Below are positions 47,168 to 57,325 of a stretch of 64,000 bases of DNA, one piece after another. Every line of letters begins with the position of its first letter. Within the stretch, counting starts at the first letter, position 1. The stretch covers positions 1-64,000 of IMG/VR virus record IMGVR_UViG_3300047510_001118. One strand, given 5' to 3'. The position numbers were made by a program, and so were the translations under genes. The notes beneath the pieces are model-generated. The model saw nothing but the letters and a program-made list of their open reading frames with translations, made no database searches and had not been told where the DNA came from.

Positions 47168-47728
47168 TTATGCTCCTGTTAATCTATCGTTGACAATATT
47201 CCAGTCAACAATTTTCCAAAAGTTATTGAGATACTTGGCTTTGTCTTGTTGATAGTCTAATGCCCAAGCGTGTTCCCAAGCGTCTATCAATAACATAATT
47301 TTCATGCCTGTCTTGTATTCGTGATTATGAATGGTATGTAATTTTCCCTTATCATCCATGTAAATCCAATTACTGCCTTGAGCAGACATAAATTCTTTTT
47401 CTACTGCTTCTTTAAATTTTTCAAAGTCACCATACTTGTTGTCAATTAACTCTCTACTTTGATCTGTAGGTTTGTTAAGACCGCCTGGTACTTTGATATT
47501 TCCAAAAAATAAATTGTGTAGCATGGCGCCGCCGTAATTAAATTTAGGATCGCCTTCGCCTTTATTATATCTTTCAAAATATTTAGATGCTAGACCTGAG
47601 TAATGGTAATCTAATGTTTCCTTACTCATAACTGGATGTAAGTCACCTTTGCCAAATTTTAGAGAATTTTGTTTGATTTCTCCTTGGGCAACTTCCATTA
47701 AATGTATGTAATGTGTTATATCTTTCAT
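47168..47728 (-). CDS. Fe/Mn superoxide dismutase
   Basis: H, LHN.FF and DAWEHA metal ligands. Confidence 0.85.
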   Translation of the reverse strand: MKDITHYIHLMEVAQGEIKQNSLKFGKGDLHPVMSKETLDYHYSGLASKYFERYNKGEGDPKFNYGGAMLHNLFFGNIKVPGGLNKPTDQSRELIDNKYGDFEKFKEAVEKEFMSAQGSNWIYMDDKGKLHTIHNHEYKTGMKIMLLIDAWEHAWALDYQQDKAKYLNNFWKIVDWNIVNDRLTGA

Positions 47729-48030
47729 GCTGAAAAACTGCTACCGCAGCCACAGGTTGTTTGAGCATTTGGATTTACAATATTAAAACTTGAACCCATT
47801 AGATCATCAACATAGTCAACTTTGGCACCTTGTAAATATGTCATACTCATAGAATCTACTAACACTTTACCAAATTCAAAATCGTCTTCCATCTTTTCTT
47901 GAGCAAAGTCAAAAACATAACTAAATCCCGAGCATCCGCCGCCTTGAATTGAAATTCTTAAATACGGCTCTTTGTTTTCTGCTAAAATTCCATTGATTTC
48001 GGTTTCAGCAACATCAGTAATAGTTATCAT
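47725..48030 (-). CDS. A-type Fe-S carrier (ErpA/HesB-like)
   Basis: GGGCSGF, TTCGCGSSF. Confidence 0.9.
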   Translation of the reverse strand: MITITDVAETEINGILAENKEPYLRISIQGGGCSGFSYVFDFAQEKMEDDFEFGKVLVDSMSMTYLQGAKVDYVDDLMGSSFNIVNPNAQTTCGCGSSFSA

Positions 48031-48039
48031 AGTTTTTCC

Positions 48040-48348
48040 TTATCCGTTAGCGTATACATTAGGACTGCCAGAAGATATAGTTGCTCCACAACCATAAGCA
48101 TCACCTAGTCTGCCTATTTTCTTGTTATTAGCATAGACATTTGGACTATAAGAAGTTAATCCCGGAGCATGGCTAGGACAGGAAGGAGGCGAAAATGTAT
48201 GAGATTGTACATTATCCCCTTCTCGAACTACGCCGATACTGTTAGCAAACACATCTCCAGATCCTACATTTGTAACTGTACCGCCCTGACAAGTAGGATG
48301 ATTAATGCTTACTGTATCTGTACCTGATTTTCTAGCAACTTTTGGCAT
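48040..48348 (-). CDS. PAAR-like tail spike tip protein
   Basis: GS.NV.ANG repeats with His/Cys residues. Confidence 0.8.
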   Translation of the reverse strand: MPKVARKSGTDTVSINHPTCQGGTVTNVGSGDVFANSIGVVREGDNVQSHTFSPPSCPSHAPGLTSYSPNVYANNKKIGRLGDAYGCGATISSGSPNVYANG

Positions 48349-48356
48349 AATTATAT

Positions 48357-48647
48357 TTACGCTAATTTAATTCCTGTAGTAGACTGAATAAACTGATCAG
48401 CAAATTGTTTATCTGTGGCTTCAGCCACTGTCACTACATTTTTATTTAATTTAACTTCTTTATCCGGGTGGACTGTAAACAAGTAAGGCATTAGGCCTGG
48501 GCCTTGTTGTCCCATACCAATAACCATAGGACGTCTCAGTTTATAAAAGTCTGAGCCGTTTTCGATTAATTTTGCTACTAATTCCTCACCTGAAGTAAGT
48601 TTAAAAGTAACTACTTCACCTTCTGATACACCTTTATCAATTAACAT
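48357..48647 (-). CDS. conserved phage protein (Sm-like fold suspected)
   Basis: KL.SGEELVA motif. Confidence 0.65.
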   Translation of the reverse strand: MLIDKGVSEGEVVTFKLTSGEELVAKLIENGSDFYKLRRPMVIGMGQQGPGLMPYLFTVHPDKEVKLNKNVVTVAEATDKQFADQFIQSTTGIKLA

Positions 48648-48867
48648 TCTGTAACCTTTTCTTTAATTCTTGAAATCCACCTACTAATTCTTCACCTAGA
48701 AAAATCTGTGGAACTGTACGTGCTGTTGGTACTGCTTCTAATAAATCTTCTCTAGTATAACCCGATCCAATTTTTCTTTCTTCAAACTCAATACCCTTTT
48801 GTTTTAACAGTGCCTTTGCCTGATCACAGTAGGGACACTGTTCTTTGCTCCAAACTATTGCTTTCAT
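48637..48867 (-). CDS. glutaredoxin
   Basis: CPYC, TVPQIF. Confidence 0.93.
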   Translation of the reverse strand: MKAIVWSKEQCPYCDQAKALLKQKGIEFEERKIGSGYTREDLLEAVPTARTVPQIFLGEELVGGFQELKKRLQNVN

Positions 48868-48875
48868 TTTTATCC

Positions 48876-49976
48876 TTATACTGTTGGTAGTTCATCATAA
48901 TTTATTGTATCGCCCATAACACCGATAACATAATTGGTTGACTCGTTTTCTTGTAGTGCTGTTTGTTTTTTACTAGTATCACTGTGTTTGTTAAACCAAG
49001 GAATAGGAGTACTCTTTGGAGCAGGATTCCAATATTTGATTCCAATATCTTTTAATGAATTGCTGGCAGTATAGTCAACAAAATCTTTTAAGATATTTGC
49101 GTTAAGACCAATTACCGGTCCTTTCTTAAAGAGATAATCGGCCCAATTTTTTTCTTCAGCAATAACATCTTTATAAATTTGTAAAACTTCTGCTTGACAT
49201 TCATTGGCAACTTTAGCAAATCTTATATCGTCTTTGACTACTTGATTGATAATCCAAGCAGTCCAACCTTTGTGTAGCAGTTCATCTTGTAAGATTAGGC
49301 TGATGATGTTACCGTTGCCAATAAAGATTTTATTCTCAACCATTGCTAGGCTTGTAGCAAATGATACCATAAAGCGGAATGCTTCTAAGGCATAACTTGC
49401 GTGTAAGGCTAGATAGATTGCCTTAATGTGATCTTGCTCAGGAAACTTTTCTCCTAGTTCTTTTCGGCAATTAATCATGTGTAAGTATTCGTAGTAATAG
49501 CCTACACTACTGGCCATGTCTACTATTTCTTTAGTGTCATGAATTGTGTTGAACACATCCTTTGGCACATTGTAGATGTTACGAATAATGTGACTGTAAC
49601 TGCGACTGTGAATATTAGTTTCAAAGAATGTCCAGTTATAGACAAGTGCTTCTAGTTCTGGCAGGCTTACGACCGGAGTAAAGATTTGACTTGGGCCGCG
49701 ACCCTGCAGACTGTCAAGAGCAGTTTGCCTAAGCAGGTTACTAGTGAAGATATGTTTAACCGCATCTGAAGCATCCTTAAAGTCTTGTGCGTCTTTGGTT
49801 AGACTAATTTCTTCTGGAACCCAAAAGAAACCTCGTGCTGTAGTTTCAAAACTCTGTAATTTATTATATTTGACTTCTTCAAATCGTTGTATAGTTACAG
49901 GTCCTGCTGGATCTAAAAACATTTTACGATTTAGGTAATCTGTCTTTGTGTGTAAATTATATTGTTCTTTGCTCAT
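48876..49976 (-). CDS. nrdB: ribonucleotide reductase class Ia beta subunit
   Basis: FFWVPEE, E..H..SY, DE.LH. Confidence 0.93.
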   Translation of the reverse strand: MSKEQYNLHTKTDYLNRKMFLDPAGPVTIQRFEEVKYNKLQSFETTARGFFWVPEEISLTKDAQDFKDASDAVKHIFTSNLLRQTALDSLQGRGPSQIFTPVVSLPELEALVYNWTFFETNIHSRSYSHIIRNIYNVPKDVFNTIHDTKEIVDMASSVGYYYEYLHMINCRKELGEKFPEQDHIKAIYLALHASYALEAFRFMVSFATSLAMVENKIFIGNGNIISLILQDELLHKGWTAWIINQVVKDDIRFAKVANECQAEVLQIYKDVIAEEKNWADYLFKKGPVIGLNANILKDFVDYTASNSLKDIGIKYWNPAPKSTPIPWFNKHSDTSKKQTALQENESTNYVIGVMGDTINYDELPTV

Positions 49977-49977
49977 T

Positions 49978-50634
49978 TTAATATTTTCCCGACGCAAGTA
50001 CTATCTTGCAAATGTGTTCTAATCTTTCTATGTGTTCATACGCTCGCCACGGACTAGTATCAATGGCTACAACACCGTGTCCTTTGATACCCACAATGTC
50101 GTAGGCAATATTTCCATTTCGATCTAACTTCAGATTCTTATGACACTGATCTGCTAGTTCTTGGCTAATAGGAGGTACATCTCCTACATTAGGAGCAACC
50201 TTTGTGTAACGATTGAGTTCTGGAAACGAACTACTAATAGTACTAAGATCAATTCCAGCATGCATGGCCGCAATACAGTAGGTAGGATGAACGTGTACCA
50301 CTACTCTAACTTCGCCACTGTGCTGACCCATTTCTTTTTGTAAGCCAAAGTGTAAAGGAATCTCGCCGCTAGGCTTTAGTTTAGCACTAATATCAGTGTA
50401 CTCTATATCTTCCCAGACATAGTTAAATGCTGCACTACCGACGCCACTGTTAATACTTCGCCAAATCTTAATCTTCTTAAACTGATCGGGTTGTAGTGTT
50501 TGCTTACGTACACCGCTGGGTGTAATGTAGAAATGATCGCGGTCGTGGTGACGAATACTCACATTGCCATCGCGACTAGTAATCCAGTTACGCTTATAAG
50601 CGTCTTCTAATACTTCACAGATAGTTTCTAACAT
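49978..50634 (-). CDS. class II aldolase/adducin family protein
   Basis: GNVS, TPSG, PS.E..LH, H.HP, GHG. Confidence 0.88.
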   Translation of the reverse strand: MLETICEVLEDAYKRNWITSRDGNVSIRHHDRDHFYITPSGVRKQTLQPDQFKKIKIWRSINSGVGSAAFNYVWEDIEYTDISAKLKPSGEIPLHFGLQKEMGQHSGEVRVVVHVHPTYCIAAMHAGIDLSTISSSFPELNRYTKVAPNVGDVPPISQELADQCHKNLKLDRNGNIAYDIVGIKGHGVVAIDTSPWRAYEHIERLEHICKIVLASGKY

Positions 50635-52961
50635 TATAGTTTACATGCCTCACAATCTTCAGACTCGTCAACACTTACTTCTACATAGTTCTTTGCCACA
50701 GTAGTAATTAGTTGTTCTTCTTTGGCACCAGCCTTGTTAATTAGGCTATAGTAAAATGTTTTAATTCCCCACATATGAGCCTGCATTAAATTTTTAGCAA
50801 TCAATGTTGTTGGTACTTTACGATCCGCAAAGTGTGCTGGATTGTAAAAAGTATTTGTTGAAATACTTTGATCCACATAGGCCTGTAGCACTGCCGCAGT
50901 TTTTAGATAACCAACACAGTCTTGTTGATCCCACATCATTTGATATTTGTTTTTTAACTTATGATAATCTGGAACAACCTGTGTGAATGAACCTGCCTTA
51001 GACTCTTTAGTAGAGATAAGGCTCATTGGCATTTCTATTCCATTAGTACTATTAATAACAACACTACTAGACTCAACTGGAGCAATAGCCATAAGAGTAG
51101 CATTTCGTACACCATGTTCTAACATCTCCCCACGTAATGTTTCCCAGTCTAACTCTGGAGTAAAGTCTGCCAGTTCATTAACACCCTTGGCACGGTTTTC
51201 CCAAGGAAACTCGCCTTGTCCGTAACGTGTGTGTTCACTGTGGAGACATGGACCACGTTCCTTGGCTAGTTCAACTGTGGCTTCTGTTAGATAATAGGCT
51301 TGATGCTCCATCCATGTCTTGACATCTTGTAGAGCGTCTTTCTCACCATACTTGAGTCCACGCTTGGCGTGCCAATAGGCTAGGTTAGTAACTCCAATGC
51401 CCAATGGCTGTATTTCATCGTTACTAAGTTTACTCTGTATACTTAAGAAGTCTTGATAATCAAGAATATTACATAGAGAACGCTGAAGTATGCGGCAAGC
51501 ACGACGCATATCTTCTGGATTGCGGAAAGCCCCCCAGTTGATACTACCAAGTGTACACAAAGCAATGCGGCCACTATCGTCATCGAGACGCTTAAAAGGT
51601 CGAGTAGGTAATAGAATTTCACAGCAAAGGTTACTCTGGTAAATTGTATGATATTCAGGATCAAAAGGTCCTTGATTCATAACATTGTCGACAAACACTA
51701 GATAGATACGTCCAGTGTCTGTACGCTCTTTTAGTATTCCTGATTTAAATACTTCCTCGGCACTCATTGTTTTTTTGCGCAGGTCTTTACGCTTTTCGTA
51801 TTTGACATAGAGTTCTTCAAATAATTCTGTGTCTTTATAAAACGCTTCATATAAATCTGGAACTTCGTTAGGATCAAAGAATGTTATGTCTTCTTTGTTT
51901 TTGAATCGTCTCCAGAAGAAAGCACTAAGCACAACCCCATAATCCATATGACGGACTCGGGTTTCTTCGGTTCCTTGGTTGTTTTTAAGTACAATAAGAT
52001 CATCAAACTGATGATGCCAAATAGGATAGAATACAGTAGCACTAGCATTACGAATACCTCCTTGCGAGCATGAGCGCAAATCTCCGAACCATTTTTTCAG
52101 GAATGGTATCATACCTGTGTGCATAATTTCACCGCCACGGATCGGGGAGCCCAATGGGCGAAGTCGACCGATTTCCAATCCAATCCCCGCTCTCTTACTG
52201 GCATATTTGGCCATCATCTCCCCACTAGCAAATATGCTATCCAGATCGTCGTCACTGCGGATAAGAACACAACTAGAAAACTGCTTAGTAGGAGTGCCGA
52301 GCCCAGCCAGCACAGGAGTAGCAAGAGTAAACAAACCATCTGAAGCACAGTTGTAGTACTCTTTGATGTAACGCATACGGGCCGTGTTAGGTTCTTCTTT
52401 ATGAAAGACCGTAGCCGCGGCCACCATATATCTAACTTGGGGAGTTTCATAAATTTCCTTTGTCGCACGATTGCGTACCAAATATTTTTCAATTAACTGC
52501 TCAATGCTGGCATAACCATATTGCTCGTCTTTAGAATGATCCAGCATATCATCCATCTTGTTCCAGTCGTCCTCACTGTACCACTGTAATAGTTCAGGAG
52601 TGTATAGACCAACTTCTACATTTTTCTTTACAATGGTGTAGAGGCGGGGAGGCTCGTATTGGCCATAAACGTCTTTACGCAACATGCTGAGACGTTGCTT
52701 GCCTGCCACATATTGATAATTAGTGTGTCCTACATCTGGATTGTGTTCTACATCGATAAGATTGACAATAGCACGTAAAGTTATTTCGTCAATCTCTTTA
52801 GTTGTTATGCCGTCATAAAAATGAGGCTGTGCTTTGATTTCAATCATACTCTGACTGACGTCTGCTATTCCGCTACAAACCTTTGCTACTTGGGCTTGCC
52901 ACTTCTCTATGTGTAATGTCTCTCTCTGTCCACTTCTTTTTATTACTGTTATATTTGTCAT
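50634..52961 (-). CDS. nrdA: ribonucleotide reductase class Ia alpha subunit
   Basis: ATP cone, QFSSC, SNLCCEI, KTFYY, C-terminal CEAC. Confidence 0.96.
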   Translation of the reverse strand: MTNITVIKRSGQRETLHIEKWQAQVAKVCSGIADVSQSMIEIKAQPHFYDGITTKEIDEITLRAIVNLIDVEHNPDVGHTNYQYVAGKQRLSMLRKDVYGQYEPPRLYTIVKKNVEVGLYTPELLQWYSEDDWNKMDDMLDHSKDEQYGYASIEQLIEKYLVRNRATKEIYETPQVRYMVAAATVFHKEEPNTARMRYIKEYYNCASDGLFTLATPVLAGLGTPTKQFSSCVLIRSDDDLDSIFASGEMMAKYASKRAGIGLEIGRLRPLGSPIRGGEIMHTGMIPFLKKWFGDLRSCSQGGIRNASATVFYPIWHHQFDDLIVLKNNQGTEETRVRHMDYGVVLSAFFWRRFKNKEDITFFDPNEVPDLYEAFYKDTELFEELYVKYEKRKDLRKKTMSAEEVFKSGILKERTDTGRIYLVFVDNVMNQGPFDPEYHTIYQSNLCCEILLPTRPFKRLDDDSGRIALCTLGSINWGAFRNPEDMRRACRILQRSLCNILDYQDFLSIQSKLSNDEIQPLGIGVTNLAYWHAKRGLKYGEKDALQDVKTWMEHQAYYLTEATVELAKERGPCLHSEHTRYGQGEFPWENRAKGVNELADFTPELDWETLRGEMLEHGVRNATLMAIAPVESSSVVINSTNGIEMPMSLISTKESKAGSFTQVVPDYHKLKNKYQMMWDQQDCVGYLKTAAVLQAYVDQSISTNTFYNPAHFADRKVPTTLIAKNLMQAHMWGIKTFYYSLINKAGAKEEQLITTVAKNYVEVSVDESEDCEACKL

Positions 52962-52999
52962 TGTTGCCTCAACTTGCAAAGTATGATATTTAGTACCAC

Positions 53000-53425
53000 T
53001 TAAAACTGCTCAGACAATACGTGAGTCTGTTGTATATGTATGTTCTTAGGTAATTTCGAAATATGAATACTTTTTTCCTCTTCAAAACCAATTATATGTT
53101 CACCCGCAAGTAACATATAATACAATTTTGAGTAGCGTCTGTCAAGACCTATTTGTATTTCATAATGCCAATCTTTACATTTTTCTGTTAGCATCAGAGT
53201 ATATCCAATGGCTAGAATTTTAGTGTATTCACAAAAAGAATTCTCTTCAATCATTTCCCAAGGATCGGGCCATGTTTTTGAATCATATGGATCAATGTTT
53301 CGAGTAACCTCTGGGACAGCAGTCCAAAAGTCTATAGCAGATTGTATAGGATCTTTTTCTTGATCTAACTGACTTCGAAAAGTTCTCCACGCGATGAGAC
53401 GGTCTTCGTAGGTCTTTGAAAGCAT
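53000..53425 (-). CDS. hypothetical protein
   Basis: WPDPWE motif ORF. Confidence 0.7.
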   Translation of the reverse strand: MLSKTYEDRLIAWRTFRSQLDQEKDPIQSAIDFWTAVPEVTRNIDPYDSKTWPDPWEMIEENSFCEYTKILAIGYTLMLTEKCKDWHYEIQIGLDRRYSKLYYMLLAGEHIIGFEEEKSIHISKLPKNIHIQQTHVLSEQF

Positions 53426-53428
53426 AGA

Positions 53429-55297
53429 TTAACTTAAAGATTCATACCAATAATTTAAATATCCATTTTCTGATGCTACATTATTGTTGTATTGAACAAC
53501 AACAGTTTCATTAACAGTGTTATTGTCAGCATCGCCAAGTAGAGCACTAAAGGTAAGTTTTTCTAAGTTTGTATTATTTCCAATGACGTTACAATCGTCT
53601 GTAAGATGGATTTGGTTATTAACTTTATCTACGTTAATAAAAAGTTTGCCTTGTCTAGTTATTGACTGTGCAGCACTTCTATAAAAATAGTGTATCACGT
53701 GTGATAAACTATCATCTGCTGGCAATTTCAATAACGGATTAATGCCTGGTTGAAGATTAATTCTTTGATTATATTTGTGTTCGCTTTTTACAAAACCACC
53801 AACTTCACCGATGTATGGAACACCAATCATATACTCTGCTTCTGATGTTAATTTAATAGATCTGTCAAAATAATCTGCTTCAGAAATATTTCCAGGTTGA
53901 CGGAATCTAATAACATTAAAAATTGGATTTGATTCGTTACCGCCGTCGTTGCCTACTTCAATATATCTGTTATGGGTTGACGTATTTCCTTTACCCACAT
54001 AAACGTCAAAGGCAGTTTCTTTAATTTTTTCAAATGTTGAATCTGATATTTTATTTCTTTGAGGACCATATAGGCGTCCTGTGCTTAGACTGTTGATATT
54101 ATGACCAAATCGTATTGCTCTACTGCACTCTTTAAAATGACAGTTGGTAAATTTATTAGAATCAATGTCATACGTGCTGTCTACAGCATAAGATAGATTA
54201 TAAAAATCACAGTCTTGGAACATATTACCTGTACAGGTAACACTGGCACTCAATGCTACTAATCTTACACCAACTTCATTCAAACTAAGTTTTTCTGTTA
54301 GTACAGACAATCCGGTACCATCGGTAAATGAAGTTATACTAGATCCTTCTGGCGTAGCAGATAAAGTAAACGTTGTGCTAGTAGGCACAGATTTTACATA
54401 GTAAGTTTGATGAGCGGTTAAACCATTTGTTGTTATCTTAGGAAAAATTTCATCTCCAATGTTAAGACCGTGATCAGATCCTGATCTTAATATTTTTGCC
54501 GAGCCTTCACTGAAAACTTCTGTGATAGTAAAAGAAGCGCCTGCTGGGTATAACCAAGTACCTTTAAATCTAAGATTTCTAAATGAACTGTTTCTTGATG
54601 CTATTAAATCTAATATAGGTTGACCAGAAACAGTGTGTTCTAATGTCATACCTTCTACTCTTATCTGCTGTGCTTGATTATTAAAAGTTAGATCGGTAAA
54701 ATCTTTATATGTTCCTGGAGTGCTGGAACTGTTAATGGTATAGGCCAACGGGAAGTTGCCTGTTTGTCTTATCACTGTTTTTTCTCTTCCGGCACCAACT
54801 AATGTAGCATATGGTGGGATTCTTAGAGGACCTGTGATCTTATAGATTCCTGCTTCAAATGTTAAGGCTATTCTGCTTGATGTTGACCCTACTGTGGCCA
54901 CATTAATGTATAACTGATCAATGGCTCTTTGAATGGCTAGAGTATCATCTGCTACACCATTTCCTACAGCACCAAAACTTTTTACACTGACAACATCATC
55001 TAGTCGTTCTTGAACAGTTCTTTGTACTGGTTGTGAAGCAGTAGGACCTGTTTGTATGGTAGCATCATTTCTTTTGTATTGATATTGTAGTGCTAGGTCA
55101 AGAATGTTATCATGCTCTGTTAAGATCTTGGTGTTGCCAACAAAGGGAGCACCTTCACTTACAGACCCATTTCCAATAAACAATTCCTGTGTATCAATTG
55201 CCCACCCGATTTCACCCGAGGCTAACTGTGGTAAACTAGATCCAGAGTTCTTGCGACCTCTGCGATGCTGTATTTTTGATATTTGCACTACGGCCAT
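53429..55297 (-). CDS. virion protein with pectate-lyase-like beta-helix (tailspike-like)
   Basis: LPQLASGEIGWA N-terminus; VSVKSFGAVGNG..DDT.AIQ. Confidence 0.75.
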   Translation of the reverse strand: MAVVQISKIQHRRGRKNSGSSLPQLASGEIGWAIDTQELFIGNGSVSEGAPFVGNTKILTEHDNILDLALQYQYKRNDATIQTGPTASQPVQRTVQERLDDVVSVKSFGAVGNGVADDTLAIQRAIDQLYINVATVGSTSSRIALTFEAGIYKITGPLRIPPYATLVGAGREKTVIRQTGNFPLAYTINSSSTPGTYKDFTDLTFNNQAQQIRVEGMTLEHTVSGQPILDLIASRNSSFRNLRFKGTWLYPAGASFTITEVFSEGSAKILRSGSDHGLNIGDEIFPKITTNGLTAHQTYYVKSVPTSTTFTLSATPEGSSITSFTDGTGLSVLTEKLSLNEVGVRLVALSASVTCTGNMFQDCDFYNLSYAVDSTYDIDSNKFTNCHFKECSRAIRFGHNINSLSTGRLYGPQRNKISDSTFEKIKETAFDVYVGKGNTSTHNRYIEVGNDGGNESNPIFNVIRFRQPGNISEADYFDRSIKLTSEAEYMIGVPYIGEVGGFVKSEHKYNQRINLQPGINPLLKLPADDSLSHVIHYFYRSAAQSITRQGKLFINVDKVNNQIHLTDDCNVIGNNTNLEKLTFSALLGDADNNTVNETVVVQYNNNVASENGYLNYWYESLS

Positions 55298-55324
55298 GTC
55301 TTATACTCCATTATTGAGTATTTA

Positions 55325-56044
55325 TCAATGGTGTAGTTTGTAGTATTGTTCGACTCTGTCACACCAGCGCGAAGTCCAATAATCAAAGTCTTTGGGTTCT
55401 AGAATAAACTGCTGATATTGTGGTTCTCCCCACTGTCCGGGAGCAATTTCTGGCGGTCTAACACACATCATAATAACGCCCTTGCGTATATTAGTTTTAT
55501 GTATTTCGTTGTGTGCTAGGGCGTAGGCTGTAAGTTGAAGGAAATAATCATCAATCCATTCTAGTTTTTTAGGCTTGTTAGTTTGCTTAAAATCTAGTAT
55601 GCTTTCCTCGCCGTCGTGTAAGCCTACACAATCTGTAGTACCAGCATACAGTTCAGGGAAGTACAGAGGCACTTCACTGCCCCATACTTCTTTGACTCCT
55701 GGAAAACCAGATTCAATTACTTTTTTAGCCATAACTAAACTTTGTTGAGCATAAGGATTACTCACTGAATCCTTAAGTTGCTCACCTTTAATATAGTTTT
55801 CTAAGTAAGTGTGCATCCTAGTTCCGCGATTAGCGGCTTCGGTTGTGATCTGTTGTGCTTTGGCTTCTCCTACAGATTTTTTCCAATTAGCCAATGCTTC
55901 ACGAGCTTCGGCTGGTTTGGTTTTATCTAGGATTGTAGTAACACTGGGGACTTTGTTTCCATCTGGGCAGGCATATAATCGCCTGCCAGTGGATTCGTCT
56001 CTTTGAAGTGATTTATATTGATATTTTTGTATTAGTAGACTCAT
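55325..56044 (-). CDS. PD-(D/E)xK exonuclease (Cas4/MGME1-like)
   Basis: PSVTTIL, RGT.MH, AGTTD, DFK, QLTAYA. Confidence 0.85.
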   Translation of the reverse strand: MSLLIQKYQYKSLQRDESTGRRLYACPDGNKVPSVTTILDKTKPAEAREALANWKKSVGEAKAQQITTEAANRGTRMHTYLENYIKGEQLKDSVSNPYAQQSLVMAKKVIESGFPGVKEVWGSEVPLYFPELYAGTTDCVGLHDGEESILDFKQTNKPKKLEWIDDYFLQLTAYALAHNEIHKTNIRKGVIMMCVRPPEIAPGQWGEPQYQQFILEPKDFDYWTSRWCDRVEQYYKLHH

Positions 56045-56075
56045 TGAACAAATATAACATCAGTTTTAATATTTG

Positions 56076-56411
56076 TCAAGAGGCCATGGCATTATTTGTT
56101 GCTCGTTGTGCCATTTGAGCTACCACATCACTGCCTGTGTTGCCATCAACTGGACCTTGTGCTGGTGCTTCTTTTTTGGTTTTTAATTCAATGCCTTCGC
56201 CATCGAAACGCTTTACATATTTTTGAATGTTTGGATCGGCATCGAATACTGGTTTAAATGTTTCGTTGTCAAATTCTTCTTGGCCCATATGGACCATGAA
56301 TTTATTAAATTTTTCCCACGGATATTTTGCTGTAGTATTTGCCGCATCGGCTTTACCTACTAGACTTCTAAGAACGAGAACCAAGTCCGAAATGAGTTCG
56401 GACTCAGTTAC
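56076..56411 (-). CDS. -1-frame extension of the upstream acidic protein
   Basis: No ATG or SD; open from the slippery site A AAA AAG. Confidence 0.65.
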   Translation of the reverse strand, partial: VTESELISDLVLVLRSLVGKADAANTTAKYPWEKFNKFMVHMGQEEFDNETFKPVFDADPNIQKYVKRFDGEGIELKTKKEAPAQGPVDGNTGSDVVAQMAQRATNNAMAS

Positions 56412-57292
56412 TTTTTTTTTGGTGCTAATAGACTGGCAAGTTTTCTGCTGAACTCTACTGATTCACGAGTAGCACGACCTGCTGGCTCTTCACCGCCCGC
56501 CGCTGATGCTGCCGCGCCTGCCTCTTCACCGCCTTCTGGTTCTGGTGATTCTTCTTCGCCTGCGGTTGGCTCTTCTGCTGGCTCTTCTGCTGGCTCAGCA
56601 CCCATAGATTGACCGCCATCGCCTTCGCCTGTTAAGATTGCCACTGCTTGTGTTAGTTGTTGACGCGAACCTTCTAATGCTGTATAGATGGTTGCTAATG
56701 CTGGTTTGACAACGCCTTCAAATTCCATTGATGTGTCGCTGCCTAATTCGTCTCTTATAGAGTCAATAAGTTCTAACATTGATTCGGCCTGCATATTTGC
56801 TGTGTCTTCCATCCAGCCTGTAATACGATCAACCATGTCGCGAGCGGCCATAATCAATTCTGCTTTTTCTTCTTCGCCTTCACGCAACACTGATTCAACC
56901 TGTACTGCGGCATCTTCTTTAGATTTGCTGAAATTTACTTTGTTCTGTAGTTCTTCTGGAAGGTCATCAAATGATAATACGCCTTGATCTACTTTTTCTA
57001 GTACCATACGTTCCATGTCTGTGAACTCAACAACTTCTTGACTGCGTTCTTCGATAGCACGATTTAAGACATCTAGGAACATCTTATTTTTTGTGTAATC
57101 GTCATTTTCTAAAACTGCGCTAAATCCACCGCTATTTTCAATTTGGTGAATCTTTGTACGCAATTTATTTCGAGCATCTTCTAATTGCTCTAGTGTAAAA
57201 CTATCAAGATTAAGTTTTTGTCCGAAAATTTTACCTACATTTTCGTTTACTATCTGAGCAGTAATTTTTTTGTTAAATTCAGTGACACGCAT
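56408..57292 (-). CDS. acidic virion/scaffold-like protein
   Basis: MRVTEF start, Glu-rich. Confidence 0.75.
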   Translation of the reverse strand: MRVTEFNKKITAQIVNENVGKIFGQKLNLDSFTLEQLEDARNKLRTKIHQIENSGGFSAVLENDDYTKNKMFLDVLNRAIEERSQEVVEFTDMERMVLEKVDQGVLSFDDLPEELQNKVNFSKSKEDAAVQVESVLREGEEEKAELIMAARDMVDRITGWMEDTANMQAESMLELIDSIRDELGSDTSMEFEGVVKPALATIYTALEGSRQQLTQAVAILTGEGDGGQSMGAEPAEEPAEEPTAGEEESPEPEGGEEAGAAASAAGGEEPAGRATRESVEFSRKLASLLAPKKK

Positions 57293-57325
57293 GGTTAATT
57301 TCTTCCCTAGAAGTTGTAGTATTAT

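Noticed and set aside
48876-52961. Introns or inteins in nrdA/nrdB
   Set aside because: Both are uninterrupted and of normal length.
55325-56044. Cas4 as part of a CRISPR system
   Set aside because: Stand-alone phage exonuclease; no other cas genes or array.
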